From an uncultured Pseudomonadota bacterium (GTDB taxonomy: Bacteria > Pseudomonadota > Gammaproteobacteria > Burkholderiales > Methylophilaceae), in assembly GCA_903860085.1 (NCBI GenBank), contig CAIOPD010000071.1:1-55958 (forward strand): a stretch of DNA of 55,958 bases, in the 5' to 3' direction. The translations under genes and the position numbers were made by a program. The notes beneath the pieces were generated by a model. The model was not told where the DNA came from, did not search any database, and saw only the letters and a program-made list of their open reading frames with translations. This document shows, piece by piece, positions 41,593 through 51,386 of the stretch (positions are counted from its first letter, which is position 1; the number at the start of each line of letters is the position of its first letter).

Positions 41593-43023
41593 TTAATAGC
41601 GATAGGTATCTGGCTTGTAAGGCCCTTGCTTCTGCACCCCAATGTAAGCGGCTTGTTCGTCAGTTAAAGTTGTCAACTGCGCATTGAGTTTTTTCAATTG
41701 CAGTACTGCTACTTTTTCATCCAAATGTTTAGGCAAGGTGTAAACACCCACTGGGTAATTGGCAGTTTGTGTAAATAACTCAATTTGCGCAATAGTTTGA
41801 TTAGCAAATGATGAACTCATTACATAGCTTGGGTGACCCGTACCGCAACCTAAATTGACTAAACGGCCTTTTGCTAACAAGATGATTTTCTTGCCATCTG
41901 GGAATATCACATGATCCACTTGTGGCTTGATTTCATCCCACTCATATTTCTCAAGTGAGCTTACATCAATCTCGTTATCAAAGTGGCCAATATTGCAGAC
42001 GATTGCTTGGTTTTTCATTTTAGCCATATGTGCATGTGAGATCACATGGTAGTTACCAGTAGCTGTCACAAAGATATCAGCATGTTCAGCTGCGTAATCC
42101 ATAGTCACTACACGGTAGCCTTCCATTGCCGCTTGCAACGCACAAATAGGATCCACCTCAGTAACCCAAACTTGGGCTGATAAAGCACGTAAAGCTTGAG
42201 CTGAGCCTTTACCAACATCACCGTAACCGGCAACTACCGCAACCTTACCCGCAATCATCACATCAGTTGCACGTTTAATTGCATCCACTAAAGATTCACG
42301 GCAGCCATATAAATTATCAAATTTTGATTTGGTTACTGAGTCATTTACGTTGATTGCAGGGAAAGCAAGCTTGCCTTCTTTATGCATTTGATACAAACGA
42401 TGCACGCCCGTAGTAGTTTCTTCGGTTACGCCGATAATTTGGGCTAAGCGCGTTGAATACCAAGTTGGATCAATTTTTAATTTAGCTTTAATTGCATCAA
42501 ATAGGCAGATTTCTTCTTCACTGCTCGGTTTAGCAATTACTGATAAATCTTTTTCAGCACGCGTACCAAGATGCAGCAATAAGGTAGCATCGCCTCCATC
42601 ATCCAAAATCATGTTGGTGTATTGTGCTTGTCCGGCTTGATTGGCAGGCCATTCAAAAATGCGATGGGTGTAATCCCAATACTCGGTCAAGGTTTCGCCC
42701 TTAATGGCAAAAACTGGCGTGCCGCCATCTGCAATCGCAGCAGCAGCATGGTCTTGAGTTGAGTAGATATTGCATGATGCCCAACGGACGTCTGCACCCA
42801 AGTCATTTAGCGTCTCAATTAGCACCGCTGTTTGAATCGTCATATGTAGACTGCCAGTGATGCGCGCGCCTTTTAGTGGTTGTGCTTTGGCAAACTCTTC
42901 ACGAATCGCCATTAATCCTGGCATTTCTGTTTCTGCAATCGCAATTTCTTTACGGCCAAAGGCTGCCAAACTGATATCGGCAACAATGTAATCTTTAAAT
43001 TTTAAGTCAGTCACAGTATTCAT
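41593..43023 (-). CDS. ahcY: Adenosylhomocysteinase
   Basis: [36 protein letters not shown]. Confidence 0.98.
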   Translation of the reverse strand: MNTVTDLKFKDYIVADISLAAFGRKEIAIAETEMPGLMAIREEFAKAQPLKGARITGSLHMTIQTAVLIETLNDLGADVRWASCNIYSTQDHAAAAIADGGTPVFAIKGETLTEYWDYTHRIFEWPANQAGQAQYTNMILDDGGDATLLLHLGTRAEKDLSVIAKPSSEEEICLFDAIKAKLKIDPTWYSTRLAQIIGVTEETTTGVHRLYQMHKEGKLAFPAINVNDSVTKSKFDNLYGCRESLVDAIKRATDVMIAGKVAVVAGYGDVGKGSAQALRALSAQVWVTEVDPICALQAAMEGYRVVTMDYAAEHADIFVTATGNYHVISHAHMAKMKNQAIVCNIGHFDNEIDVSSLEKYEWDEIKPQVDHVIFPDGKKIILLAKGRLVNLGCGTGHPSYVMSSSFANQTIAQIELFTQTANYPVGVYTLPKHLDEKVAVLQLKKLNAQLTTLTDEQAAYIGVQKQGPYKPDTYRY

Positions 43024-43125
43024 TTTATATCCTTGAATGTGTGACCGGAGGGAAGGGGTGTACTAAAACAAGATAAGTTATAACGCTAATCTCACCCAAA
43101 TCCCGTGCCCGGCACGGTTAATAAT

Positions 43126-43188
43126 GGTGAGCGCCGTTAAAACATATTCCGAGCCTGGGAGAAGTCTCTCGCAACGCTCCTCGGAATA
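43126..43188 (-). ncRNA. SAH riboswitch
   Basis: Minus strand UAUUCCGAG-GAGCGUUGC-...-CCAGG-CUCGGAAUA...AACGGCGCUCA: P1 stem plus GAGCG/CGCUC pseudoknot, upstream of ahcY. Confidence 0.92.
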
Positions 43189-43194
43189 GTCGGC

Positions 43195-43223
43195 ATTATA
43201 CGTGATATTTTTTTTCGCACCAA
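43195..43223 (-). promoter_or_regulatory. Sigma-70 promoter for riboswitch-ahcY
   Basis: TTGGTG-17 bp-TATAAT puts +1 near 43188, the 5' end of the aptamer. Confidence 0.7.
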
Positions 43224-43397
43224 GGTGATGACAAACTGAATTTCATTGAAACTAGGTTTTCATGACCTGTGCCTAATACTTTTAACTAGTTAGGCCCAGA
43301 AAGCGTACTCAAGCAACGGGCCTTGTGGCTCGCGTATAAACACACCTAAACAGACTTGGTAGGCACAATTTTCATTGTCTAGCCTACACAACTAAAT

Positions 43398-43430
43398 ACT
43401 TGCACAGCGCTGTGATAGCACTGCGCAAGT
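43398..43430 (-). terminator. Hairpin just downstream of metK
   Basis: ACTTGCGCAGTGCT-atcac-AGCGCTGTGCAAGT with G-U pairs on the minus strand; weak U-tract. Confidence 0.5.
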
Positions 43431-43437
43431 CATAGGG

Positions 43438-44595
43438 CTAAATTGAAGCTTTTAATGCTTCAGCTCTATCGGTAGCTTCCCAAGTAAACTCAGGCTCATC
43501 ACGGCCAAAATGTCCATAAGCCGCTGTTTTTGTATAAATCGGACGCAATAGATCCAACATTTTAACGATACCTTTTGGGCGTAAATCAAAATGCTCTAAC
43601 ACTAATTGCCTAAGCACTTCGTCAGAAACTTTGCCAGTACCGTAAGTTTCTATCATTACTGAAGTTGGGCGAGCAACACCAATGGCATAACTCACTTGAA
43701 CTAAACAGCGTGAAGCCAAACCAGCAGCCACGATATTTTTAGCGACGTAACGGCCAGCATAAGCTGCACTACGATCTACTTTTGATGGATCTTTACCAGA
43801 AAAAGCACCACCACCATGTGGCGCAGCACCACCATAGGTATCCACTATGATTTTACGACCGGTTAAACCGCAATCGCCTTGTGGGCCACCAATAACAAAA
43901 CGGCCCGTAGGATTGACCAAGTACTTAATCTCGCCCTTGATCAGCTCTTGGGGCAACATAGGTTTAATGATTTCTTCAATCACTGCTTCACGAATTGCTT
44001 CCAATGACATTTCTGGGGCGTGCTGTGTAGAAAGAACCACAGTATCAATTTTGTATGGCTTGCCATCCACATACTGAACGGTGACCTGTGATTTAGCATC
44101 TGGACGCAACCATGGTAGACGGCCATCTTTACGCAATTGCGCCTGACGCTCCATCAACCGGTGACTAAGCCAAATTGGCAAAGGCATTAACTGTGGCGTT
44201 TCAGCCACCGCATAGCCAAACATTAATCCTTGGTCGCCAGCCCCTTGATCAAGCGGATCATCATCAGCGTTATCAACGCCTTGGGCGATATCTGGCGATT
44301 GTTTGTCATAAGCAACTAAAACTGCACAGCCTTTGTAATCAATACCATATTCAGTATTGTCATAACCGATGCGCTTAATAGTTTCGCGTGCAACTTTAAT
44401 ATAATCAACATTGGCTGTGGTGGTAATTTCACCGGCCAATACGATTAAACCAGTGTTGGCCAACGTTTCGGCAGCAACACGTGCATTAGGATCTTGGGTT
44501 AAGATAGCATCTAAAATGCTATCGGATACTTGGTCTGCAAGCTTGTCTGGGTGACCTTCAGAAACCGATTCTGAAGTAAATAGATATTCGTTCAT
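43438..44595 (-). CDS. metK: S-adenosylmethionine synthetase
   Basis: [28 protein letters not shown]. Confidence 0.98.
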   Translation of the reverse strand: MNEYLFTSESVSEGHPDKLADQVSDSILDAILTQDPNARVAAETLANTGLIVLAGEITTTANVDYIKVARETIKRIGYDNTEYGIDYKGCAVLVAYDKQSPDIAQGVDNADDDPLDQGAGDQGLMFGYAVAETPQLMPLPIWLSHRLMERQAQLRKDGRLPWLRPDAKSQVTVQYVDGKPYKIDTVVLSTQHAPEMSLEAIREAVIEEIIKPMLPQELIKGEIKYLVNPTGRFVIGGPQGDCGLTGRKIIVDTYGGAAPHGGGAFSGKDPSKVDRSAAYAGRYVAKNIVAAGLASRCLVQVSYAIGVARPTSVMIETYGTGKVSDEVLRQLVLEHFDLRPKGIVKMLDLLRPIYTKTAAYGHFGRDEPEFTWEATDRAEALKASI

Positions 44596-44766
44596 TGTGC
44601 GCCTTGAGTAATTAACAATAAAAATGAAGTGACTCTCATACTAAAGGCTGAAGCATGAAAATCAGGTCAATGTCTAGGCCGACATTCTACCTAACTTATT
44701 CAATAATAAGCAGATAAATAATTAATAAACCGCTATCTCCGAGCTTGGGCATCTTATAATAAACAA

Positions 44767-45603
44767 ATGAAATTACAATTCACTAAAATGCATGGCATAG
44801 GAAATGATTTTATGGTGATTGATGCCATTAATCAGTCGGTAAGTCTGACGCCTCAACAAATTCAAGCCCTAGCCAACCGCCAATTTGGCATCGGCTTTGA
44901 CCAGCTACTCTTGGTCGAAACTTCAAAAATCGCTGATTTTAAATACCGCATTTTTAATGCTGATGGAAGCGAAGTGTCACAATGCGGTAACGGTGCACGC
45001 TGTTTTGCGCGCTTTGTCTATGAGCAGAAATTAAGCTCAAAACGCGAAATTAGCGTAGAAACTGCCAGTGGTATTATTACACCAAAATTAGAAGAACATG
45101 ACTTGGTCACGGTGGACATGGGTGCACCAAAATTTGCGCCTGCGGATATTCCGTTTATTGCAGATGGCACTGCCACTAGCTATGAATTGAATATTGGCGA
45201 TGAGTCAGTCATGATTGCCGCACTCTCCATGGGCAACCCACATGCGGTGCAAATTGTAGAGAATGTTGATTCCGCTCCTGTAGAGCGTATGGGGAGACAA
45301 ATTGAATTACACCCACGCTTCCCGCAGCGGGTAAACGCGGGTTTTATGCAAATAATGGATACGCACCATATTAAATTAAGAGTATTTGAACGCGGTAGCG
45401 GTGAAACATTAGCTTGTGGCACTGGCGCCTGCGCCGCGGTAGTTGCTGGCATAGTATGGGGGCGATTGGTATCGCCCGTATCGGTCAAAGCGCGTGGCGG
45501 AGAATTAAAAATTGCATGGCAAGGTGGCAATTCTGCGGTGATGATGACTGGTCCTGCAGTGACCGTGTTTACAGGCAGCATAACCTTACCAATAAAGAAT
45601 TAA
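44767..45603 (+). CDS. dapF: Diaminopimelate epimerase
   Basis: [33 protein letters not shown]. Confidence 0.97.
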   Translation: MKLQFTKMHGIGNDFMVIDAINQSVSLTPQQIQALANRQFGIGFDQLLLVETSKIADFKYRIFNADGSEVSQCGNGARCFARFVYEQKLSSKREISVETASGIITPKLEEHDLVTVDMGAPKFAPADIPFIADGTATSYELNIGDESVMIAALSMGNPHAVQIVENVDSAPVERMGRQIELHPRFPQRVNAGFMQIMDTHHIKLRVFERGSGETLACGTGACAAVVAGIVWGRLVSPVSVKARGGELKIAWQGGNSAVMMTGPAVTVFTGSITLPIKN

Positions 45604-45642
45604 ATCAGCATAGCTAAAAGTACGAAATTAAAAAGGATAGTC

Positions 45643-46329
45643 ATGCAACAAGATAGCCCCGCACAAAGCAACGCCGTGACCGCAGATCAAGTCAGTCAAT
45701 TTTTACGTAGTCATAGTCATTTTTTTGAGCAACATGCGAGCTTGCTTACTGAAATCTATTTGCCCAGCCCTCATGGCAATGGTGCAATATCACTGGCTGA
45801 ACGTCAGCAGTTAGCGCAACGTGACAAAATTCGTGTGCTAGAGGCGATGTTGGCACAAATGATAGAGTCGGCCCAACAAAACGACACCACTAGTAGCAAG
45901 GTACATAATTTAAGCGTGCAATTAATTGGCAGCCTTAACTTTATTGATCTGCAAAAACTCATCGCACAAACCTTGCAACAAGACTTTGGAGTCACCCAAT
46001 CATTGCTGCGCTTATGGGTACAACCCAGCAACAGTGATTTAGCCCAAGATGACGCATTTACAAAAATGGAACCCGCTTTTAGCGACTGGGCAATCAGTTT
46101 AAATCAGCCATTTTGTGGCGCTAAACCTGAAGTGGCTCAAGATTTATTAAATGGAGATTTAATGTCGTTTGCGTTCATTCCACTTTATCTAGTACCGGGG
46201 AATTCGCAAGCAAGTGGCGTACTTATATTAGCCGCACAAGATGAACAGCGCTTTAAGGCAGATATGGGGACGATGTATCTTAGCTTAATCGGTGAGCTAA
46301 TTAGCGCAGCATTGACGCGCCATATTTAA
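45643..46329 (+). CDS. DUF484 (YigA) family protein
   Basis: PHG..AISLAERQ, RF..DMGT.YL; dapF-yigA-xerC order. Confidence 0.88.
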   Translation: MQQDSPAQSNAVTADQVSQFLRSHSHFFEQHASLLTEIYLPSPHGNGAISLAERQQLAQRDKIRVLEAMLAQMIESAQQNDTTSSKVHNLSVQLIGSLNFIDLQKLIAQTLQQDFGVTQSLLRLWVQPSNSDLAQDDAFTKMEPAFSDWAISLNQPFCGAKPEVAQDLLNGDLMSFAFIPLYLVPGNSQASGVLILAAQDEQRFKADMGTMYLSLIGELISAALTRHI

Positions 46330-46349
46330 AGTACTAGGGATAAAACCTA

Positions 46350-47243
46350 GTGAAGCATCTCAAAGACTACCTTCAGCATTTAACTTTTGAGCGAGGTCTA
46401 AGCGCGCTCACCTGCAAAAACTATGCCCGAGATATAGCACTTTTGGAATCGCTGGTTGTGCAGGCTGGCCTAGATATTGATAGCTTAGCTACTATACAAA
46501 GTGCACAGATTAGACGCTTTATCTCCACACTTAATAGCCGCGGATTGAGTGGCAAAAGTATCGCTAGAGCGTTGTCTGCGTGGCGAGGATTTTATGCATA
46601 TTTAATTCACCACCAAGGTTTTACACAAAACCCAGTCATGGGGTTACGCGCACCAAAAACGGCAAAATCCTTGCCACAAGCACTATCGGTTGACCAAGCA
46701 GTGAGGTTTGTGGAAATTGCTGGCGACGGCATATTAGAACAACGTGACCATGCCATTTTGGAATTGTTTTATTCATCGGGATTACGCTTAGCAGAGCTGG
46801 TGAATTTAGATTTGGATATGCTGGATTTTGCAGATGGTACTGTGACTGTGACGGGTAAAGGTAATAAAACTCGCATTGTGCCCATTGGTAGCCACGCCAT
46901 CAACGCTATTCAAATTTGGTTACAGCAACGTGCGCTGATTGCCATAGACGAGCCATATGCCAAGGCCTTATTTGTTACCCAGCAAGGACGCAGAATCACG
47001 CCTCGCGCAGTGCAATACCGAATGAAAGGCTGGGCTATCAAACAGGGTGTCAACTCAAATATACACCCACATATACTTAGGCATAGCTTCGCAAGCCATG
47101 TGCTACAATCTAGCCAAGATTTACGCGCAGTGCAAGAAATGCTCGGCCACGCCAATATCAGTAGCACCCAAATCTACACGCATCTCGATTTTCAGCATTT
47201 AGCTACGATTTACGATAAAGCCCATCCACGCGCTAAAAAATGA
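46350..47243 (+). CDS. xerC: Tyrosine recombinase XerC
   Basis: SGLRLAEL, GKGNKTR, HPHILRHSFASH, LGHA, TQIYTH; chromosomal dapF context. Confidence 0.95.
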   Translation: MKHLKDYLQHLTFERGLSALTCKNYARDIALLESLVVQAGLDIDSLATIQSAQIRRFISTLNSRGLSGKSIARALSAWRGFYAYLIHHQGFTQNPVMGLRAPKTAKSLPQALSVDQAVRFVEIAGDGILEQRDHAILELFYSSGLRLAELVNLDLDMLDFADGTVTVTGKGNKTRIVPIGSHAINAIQIWLQQRALIAIDEPYAKALFVTQQGRRITPRAVQYRMKGWAIKQGVNSNIHPHILRHSFASHVLQSSQDLRAVQEMLGHANISSTQIYTHLDFQHLATIYDKAHPRAKK

Positions 47244-47327
47244 GTGCGCGGCAGTGAATTTGTTTATGCCCAATTGGTCATTAACGGACTATCTAAAATT
47301 CTATTCAACCCCTCTTAAGGAAATACC

Positions 47328-47912
47328 ATGGAACATACATTACCTGCTTTGCCCTATGCTAAAAACGCACTAGCCCCACATATCTCAGAAGAAACCCTAG
47401 AGTTTCACTACGGCAAACACCATCAAACTTACGTCACTAACCTTAATAACCTAATTAAGGGCACTGAGTTTGAAACTAGCAGCTTAGAAGAAATTATTAA
47501 AAAATCTGCTGCTGGCATTTATAACAATGCGGCACAAATTTGGAACCACACCTTCTTATGGAGTAGCATGAAACCTAATGGTGGTGGTGCTCCGACAGGC
47601 CCTTTAGCTGATGCAATCAATGCTAAATGGGGCTCATTTGAAGACTTCAAAAAAGCATTTCAAACTTCAGCAGTAGGTAACTTTGGATCAGGCTGGACTT
47701 GGTTGGTAAAAAAAGTTGACGGCTCTGTTGATATCGTCAATATGGGCGCTGCCGGCACGCCACTAACGACAGGTGATAAAGCATTATTAACGATTGATGT
47801 ATGGGAACATGCTTATTACATTGACTACCGCAATGCGCGTCCTAAATATGTAGAAACATTTTTAACGTCATTAGCGAACTGGGATTTTGCTAGCGCTAAC
47901 TTTAGTAGCTAA
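47328..47912 (+). CDS. sodB: Fe superoxide dismutase
   Basis: [33 protein letters not shown]. Confidence 0.93.
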   Translation: MEHTLPALPYAKNALAPHISEETLEFHYGKHHQTYVTNLNNLIKGTEFETSSLEEIIKKSAAGIYNNAAQIWNHTFLWSSMKPNGGGAPTGPLADAINAKWGSFEDFKKAFQTSAVGNFGSGWTWLVKKVDGSVDIVNMGAAGTPLTTGDKALLTIDVWEHAYYIDYRNARPKYVETFLTSLANWDFASANFSS

Positions 47913-47940
47913 ACCATACTGAAGTTTAAATCGTGTCGTT

Positions 47941-47969
47941 TAAAAAGGTCGCAGTTGCGGCCTTTTTAA
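47941..47969 (+). terminator. Intrinsic terminator after sodB
   Basis: AAAAAGGTCGCA-gt-TGCGGCCTTTTT. Confidence 0.8.
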
Positions 47970-48009
47970 TTTGGGCGGCAACGCCTAAGTTTCTGTTATT
48001 ATTTGCCTC

Positions 48010-48359
48010 ATGTTGCGTCGTTTAATACTCACATTATCACTAGTTGCGTCGTTTGGCTTAGCCCAAATCGCTGCAGTTAGCCATGAACTCTCGCATTACG
48101 TTGAAGCGAATGCAGAACATACACAGCAAAATCACAGCAAAATCACAGCAAGAATACCAGCCCAAGCAATCAGTCTAGTCATAACCACAGTTGTGCGAAA
48201 TGTTTAGGTTATGCTGAATTAGGCCATGCGGTTACTAGCAGTATCATCGCTTTCACGATAACCTCAACCCAAAACTCACCTACCCGCCTTTGTTTCGATA
48301 GCAATACAGCAAGCAATCCTCGCGCTTACAGCGCACGCGCACCTCCAGTTCTCGCTTAA
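48010..48359 (+). pseudogene. DUF2946/CruR-like leader ORF (signal peptide, His-rich CxxC, RAPP), frameshifted
   Basis: First frame MLRRLILTLSLVASFGLAQIAAVSHELSH...TQQNHSK; second frame ...HNHSCAKC...YSARAPPVLA* (stop 48357-48359). Removing one 11-bp repeat unit gives a 112-aa ORF. Confidence 0.8.
48122..48155 (+). repeat. 11-bp tandem repeat CACAGCAAAAT x2 plus degenerate third copy CACAGCAAGAAT
   Basis: Read directly at 48122-48132, 48133-48143 and 48144-48155. Confidence 0.95.
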
Positions 48360-48448
48360 CTCTTAGTACTTGCGCCCAGCTCACCAGAGCTTAAGCGCTA
48401 TTTTTGGCAGTTTTTTTGGCCAATTCTCCGTTACTTTGCGAGACCTTC

Positions 48449-50482
48449 ATGAATAAATCACTCCCCAAACCGCATGGGTTATTGTGGCCTAAACTAATTT
48501 GTAACCTATTGTTTTTGCTTATTACGTCTGGATTAACTAGCCCCGTAAGTTTTGCCGATGAAACGACACGGATTGAATTGCCCTCAGTGGCCGTCACGGG
48601 CAATCCGTTAGGCTTGGATGCTGACCAGCTAATTGTGCCAGTAACCATATTAAATGGGCGTGAGCTATCACTTAAACGCGAAAGTACATTAGGTGAAACC
48701 CTTAACGGCATTCCAGGCGTCAGCTCCACTAACTTCGGTCCCAATGCTTCGCGCCCAGTCATCCGCGGTCTTGATGCGGAACGTGTACGTATTCTGCAAA
48801 ATGGGGTGGGCGTGGTCGATGCCTCTAGCTTAAGTTTTGATCATGCCGTTTCAATAGACCCATTAGTAATTGAGCAGGTTGATGTGATTCGTGGCCCTGC
48901 CGCTTTACTCTATGGTGGCAGTGCTGTTGGTGGCGTGGTCAATGCAGTTGATCATCGCATTCCCACTGAAAAATTAGAAGGTGTCACTGGCAGAACTGAA
49001 GCTCGCCTAGGTGGGGCGGCCAATGAAAGTAATATGGCTGGCGTGGTCGACGTTGGTAATGGTCAAATAGCCATACACGCGGATGCATATGCTCGCAAAA
49101 CCAATGATTTAAACATTCCTGGTTTTGCCGTATCGAATCGCAAAGCACTTGCCGACCGCACACTTCAAACCAATAGTGGCACCCTGAAAAATAGCAGTGC
49201 CACTAGCGACGGCGGTGCATTAGGCGCGTCACTCACGCTTGATAACGGCTACCTGGGGGCTTCTTATTCTGGTTTTAATAGCAATTACGGCACGGTCGCA
49301 GAAGAAAATGTGCGTATCGATATGAAAAGCCAGCGCTGGGATATTGCCTCTGAATTCACCGATTTAAGTAGCGTCATTAATCGCGTGAAATTCCGCTTAG
49401 CGCACACCGACTATCAACACCAAGAAATTAATACTGGCGTTGTCGGCACTACATTCAAAAACAGTGGCATTGAAGGTTCATTAGAAGCTGGTCATGCCAA
49501 AATTGGAAATATAAGCGGTGTAATCGGTCTGCAATTTCAAAACACCTCCTTTGAAGCTCTCGGCGCTGAAGCATTTGTGCCGAGTACGAACACGCAAAGC
49601 AAAGCGCTGTATTTTTATGAAGAGCTACCGGTAGACGAATTCAAATTTAGCTTAGGTGGTCGCACAGAATATACTACGGCAGATGCTAGTGCTTGGTCTA
49701 AAAATTCTAGCGCACAAAACGCAAGCTTCAACCCCACAAGCTATGCATTAGGAGCGCTTTATACGTTCACGCCTAATTGGTCATTGGCTAGCAACCTTTC
49801 ACACAACGAGCGAGCGCCAAGTTACTTTGAGCTATATGCCAATGGAGCTCACTTAGCCACCGGTCAGTATGAAGTTGGAAATCCCAATTTTTCTCTAGAA
49901 CGTTCAAATGGCGTTGATGCGCAAATTCGTTGGAAGGATGGGAAAAATTCATTTAGTGCTGGGCCTTATTACACTAAATTCAGTAGCTTTATTGGTTTAC
50001 TTGATACAGGACTTAAGGGTCCAAGCTCTGCTTTGCCGTTAGCGCAATTCACCGAAGTAGCAGCAAGCTTCAGGGGATTTGAAACTGAAGGAAAGTTTAA
50101 CCTTAATGACAATATTGACTTAAAACTGACTGGCGATTATGTTCGCGCGACGAACTTAACTTCTGGTGAAGCGTTACCGCGCATTGCGCCGCTTAGATTA
50201 GGTGCAGGCTTGCAGTATCAGAAGAATGAATTAGGTGCGCGACTGAATGTATTACATGCTTTTGCACAAGAGCGTATAGCCACCAATGAATTAGCCACTA
50301 ACGGTTACACCAATGTGAGCGCGCTAGTAACTTACAAGTTGCCCACCAAGGTTAACATTGAGTTATTTGCTAAAGCCAACAACTTACTCAATCAAGATAT
50401 TCGTGATTCTGCTTCATTTTTGAAGGATATTGCACCGCAAGGCGCGCGCTCTGTGACGATTGGTTTGCGAAGCGATTTTTAG
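48449..50482 (+). CDS. TonB-dependent receptor, ZnuD-like metal uptake subfamily
   Basis: STLGETL..IPGV, ASRPVIRG, DHAV, RGPAALLYG, ERAPS..ELYANGAH, C-terminal F; start MNKS (48449). Confidence 0.9.
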   Translation: MNKSLPKPHGLLWPKLICNLLFLLITSGLTSPVSFADETTRIELPSVAVTGNPLGLDADQLIVPVTILNGRELSLKRESTLGETLNGIPGVSSTNFGPNASRPVIRGLDAERVRILQNGVGVVDASSLSFDHAVSIDPLVIEQVDVIRGPAALLYGGSAVGGVVNAVDHRIPTEKLEGVTGRTEARLGGAANESNMAGVVDVGNGQIAIHADAYARKTNDLNIPGFAVSNRKALADRTLQTNSGTLKNSSATSDGGALGASLTLDNGYLGASYSGFNSNYGTVAEENVRIDMKSQRWDIASEFTDLSSVINRVKFRLAHTDYQHQEINTGVVGTTFKNSGIEGSLEAGHAKIGNISGVIGLQFQNTSFEALGAEAFVPSTNTQSKALYFYEELPVDEFKFSLGGRTEYTTADASAWSKNSSAQNASFNPTSYALGALYTFTPNWSLASNLSHNERAPSYFELYANGAHLATGQYEVGNPNFSLERSNGVDAQIRWKDGKNSFSAGPYYTKFSSFIGLLDTGLKGPSSALPLAQFTEVAASFRGFETEGKFNLNDNIDLKLTGDYVRATNLTSGEALPRIAPLRLGAGLQYQKNELGARLNVLHAFAQERIATNELATNGYTNVSALVTYKLPTKVNIELFAKANNLLNQDIRDSASFLKDIAPQGARSVTIGLRSDF

Positions 50483-50507
50483 TGCGGAGGTTAAGGCTTT
50501 GGTCGAG

Positions 50508-50939
50508 CTAGCCTAGTAGCAATAATCCCCAAGTTGTAGCCAATATCGTTAGTGCTAAAAATACTGCTGCGCTTCCAATATCCTTGGCTTGCTTGGCGAG
50601 GGAGTTATGTTCAGTTGATGTGTGGTCTACGGCCGCCTCAATCGCTGAGTTTAATAACTCCACAATTAATAACAGCAAAACACTTGCTACCATCAATGCT
50701 TGCTCTATCGCACTTTTACCCAAATAAAATGCTAATGGAATCAATACAATGGCGAGAAAAACCTCTTGACGAAATGCATCCTCATGTTTAAAGGCTGCCA
50801 CGAAACCTTCAAGAGAATACCCGCAGGCATTAATTAACCTGCGCACACCAGTTTTACCTTTGAACGGACTAGTCGCCAAGTGTTTAGACGCTGGCATTTT
50901 TTTAGCTTTACTGTCTGGTTTATTAGTCGTGGTTTGCAT
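50508..50939 (-). CDS. dgkA: Diacylglycerol kinase
   Basis: EDAFRQE, ELLNSAIEAAVD, AKDIGSAAV. Confidence 0.93.
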   Translation of the reverse strand: MQTTTNKPDSKAKKMPASKHLATSPFKGKTGVRRLINACGYSLEGFVAAFKHEDAFRQEVFLAIVLIPLAFYLGKSAIEQALMVASVLLLLIVELLNSAIEAAVDHTSTEHNSLAKQAKDIGSAAVFLALTILATTWGLLLLG

Positions 50940-51048
50940 CAAAGGCTCTCTTTTATAATAGGCTTTTAAATATAAAGCCTAGATTTTTAATGCGCTTATT
51001 TTAACATGCGCTATCATTACGGTTTGGCAACATTACATTAGGTAAATT

Positions 51049-51324
51049 ATGGCACGTACAGTCAATTGTATTAAATTAGGCAGAGAAGCCGACGGCATGG
51101 ACTTCCCACCTTACCCAGGCGAATTAGGCAAGCGCATTTATACGCACGTTTCTAAAGAAGCTTGGGCAACATGGCTTAAACAGCAAACCATGCTGGTCAA
51201 CGAAAATCGCCTCAGCCTAGCCGATCAATCTGCTCGGAAATACTTAACCGAACAAACTGAAAAATACTTTTTCGGTGAGGGTGCTGACACTGCTCAGGGT
51301 TATGTTCCTCCCAAAGCTGACTAG
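51049..51324 (+). CDS. yggX: Fe(II)-trafficking/oxidative damage protection protein
   Basis: [20 protein letters not shown]...QTMLVNE. Confidence 0.95.
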   Translation: MARTVNCIKLGREADGMDFPPYPGELGKRIYTHVSKEAWATWLKQQTMLVNENRLSLADQSARKYLTEQTEKYFFGEGADTAQGYVPPKAD

Positions 51325-51341
51325 AAAATAAAGCTTACTTA

Positions 51342-51378
51342 CAATAAAAAAGCGCTGAAAATCAGCGCTTTTTTATTG
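51342..51378. terminator. Bidirectional terminator between convergent yggX and phoU
   Basis: CAATAAAAAAGCGCTGA-aaa-TCAGCGCTTTTTTATTG perfect inverted repeat. Confidence 0.9.
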
Positions 51379-51386
51379 GGTGCTGC

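Noticed and set aside
46350-47243. Tyrosine recombinase as a mobile-element integrase
   Set aside because: The dapF-yigA-xerC context and size identify chromosomal XerC; no att sites or cargo seen.
47988-48005. Zur box upstream of the RAPP leader
   Set aside because: Only a TGTTAT half-site with no palindromic partner; better explained as an extended -10 (TGnTATTAT).
48122-48155. Repeat as a CRISPR array
   Set aside because: The 11-bp units are directly adjacent, with no spacers and no cas genes.
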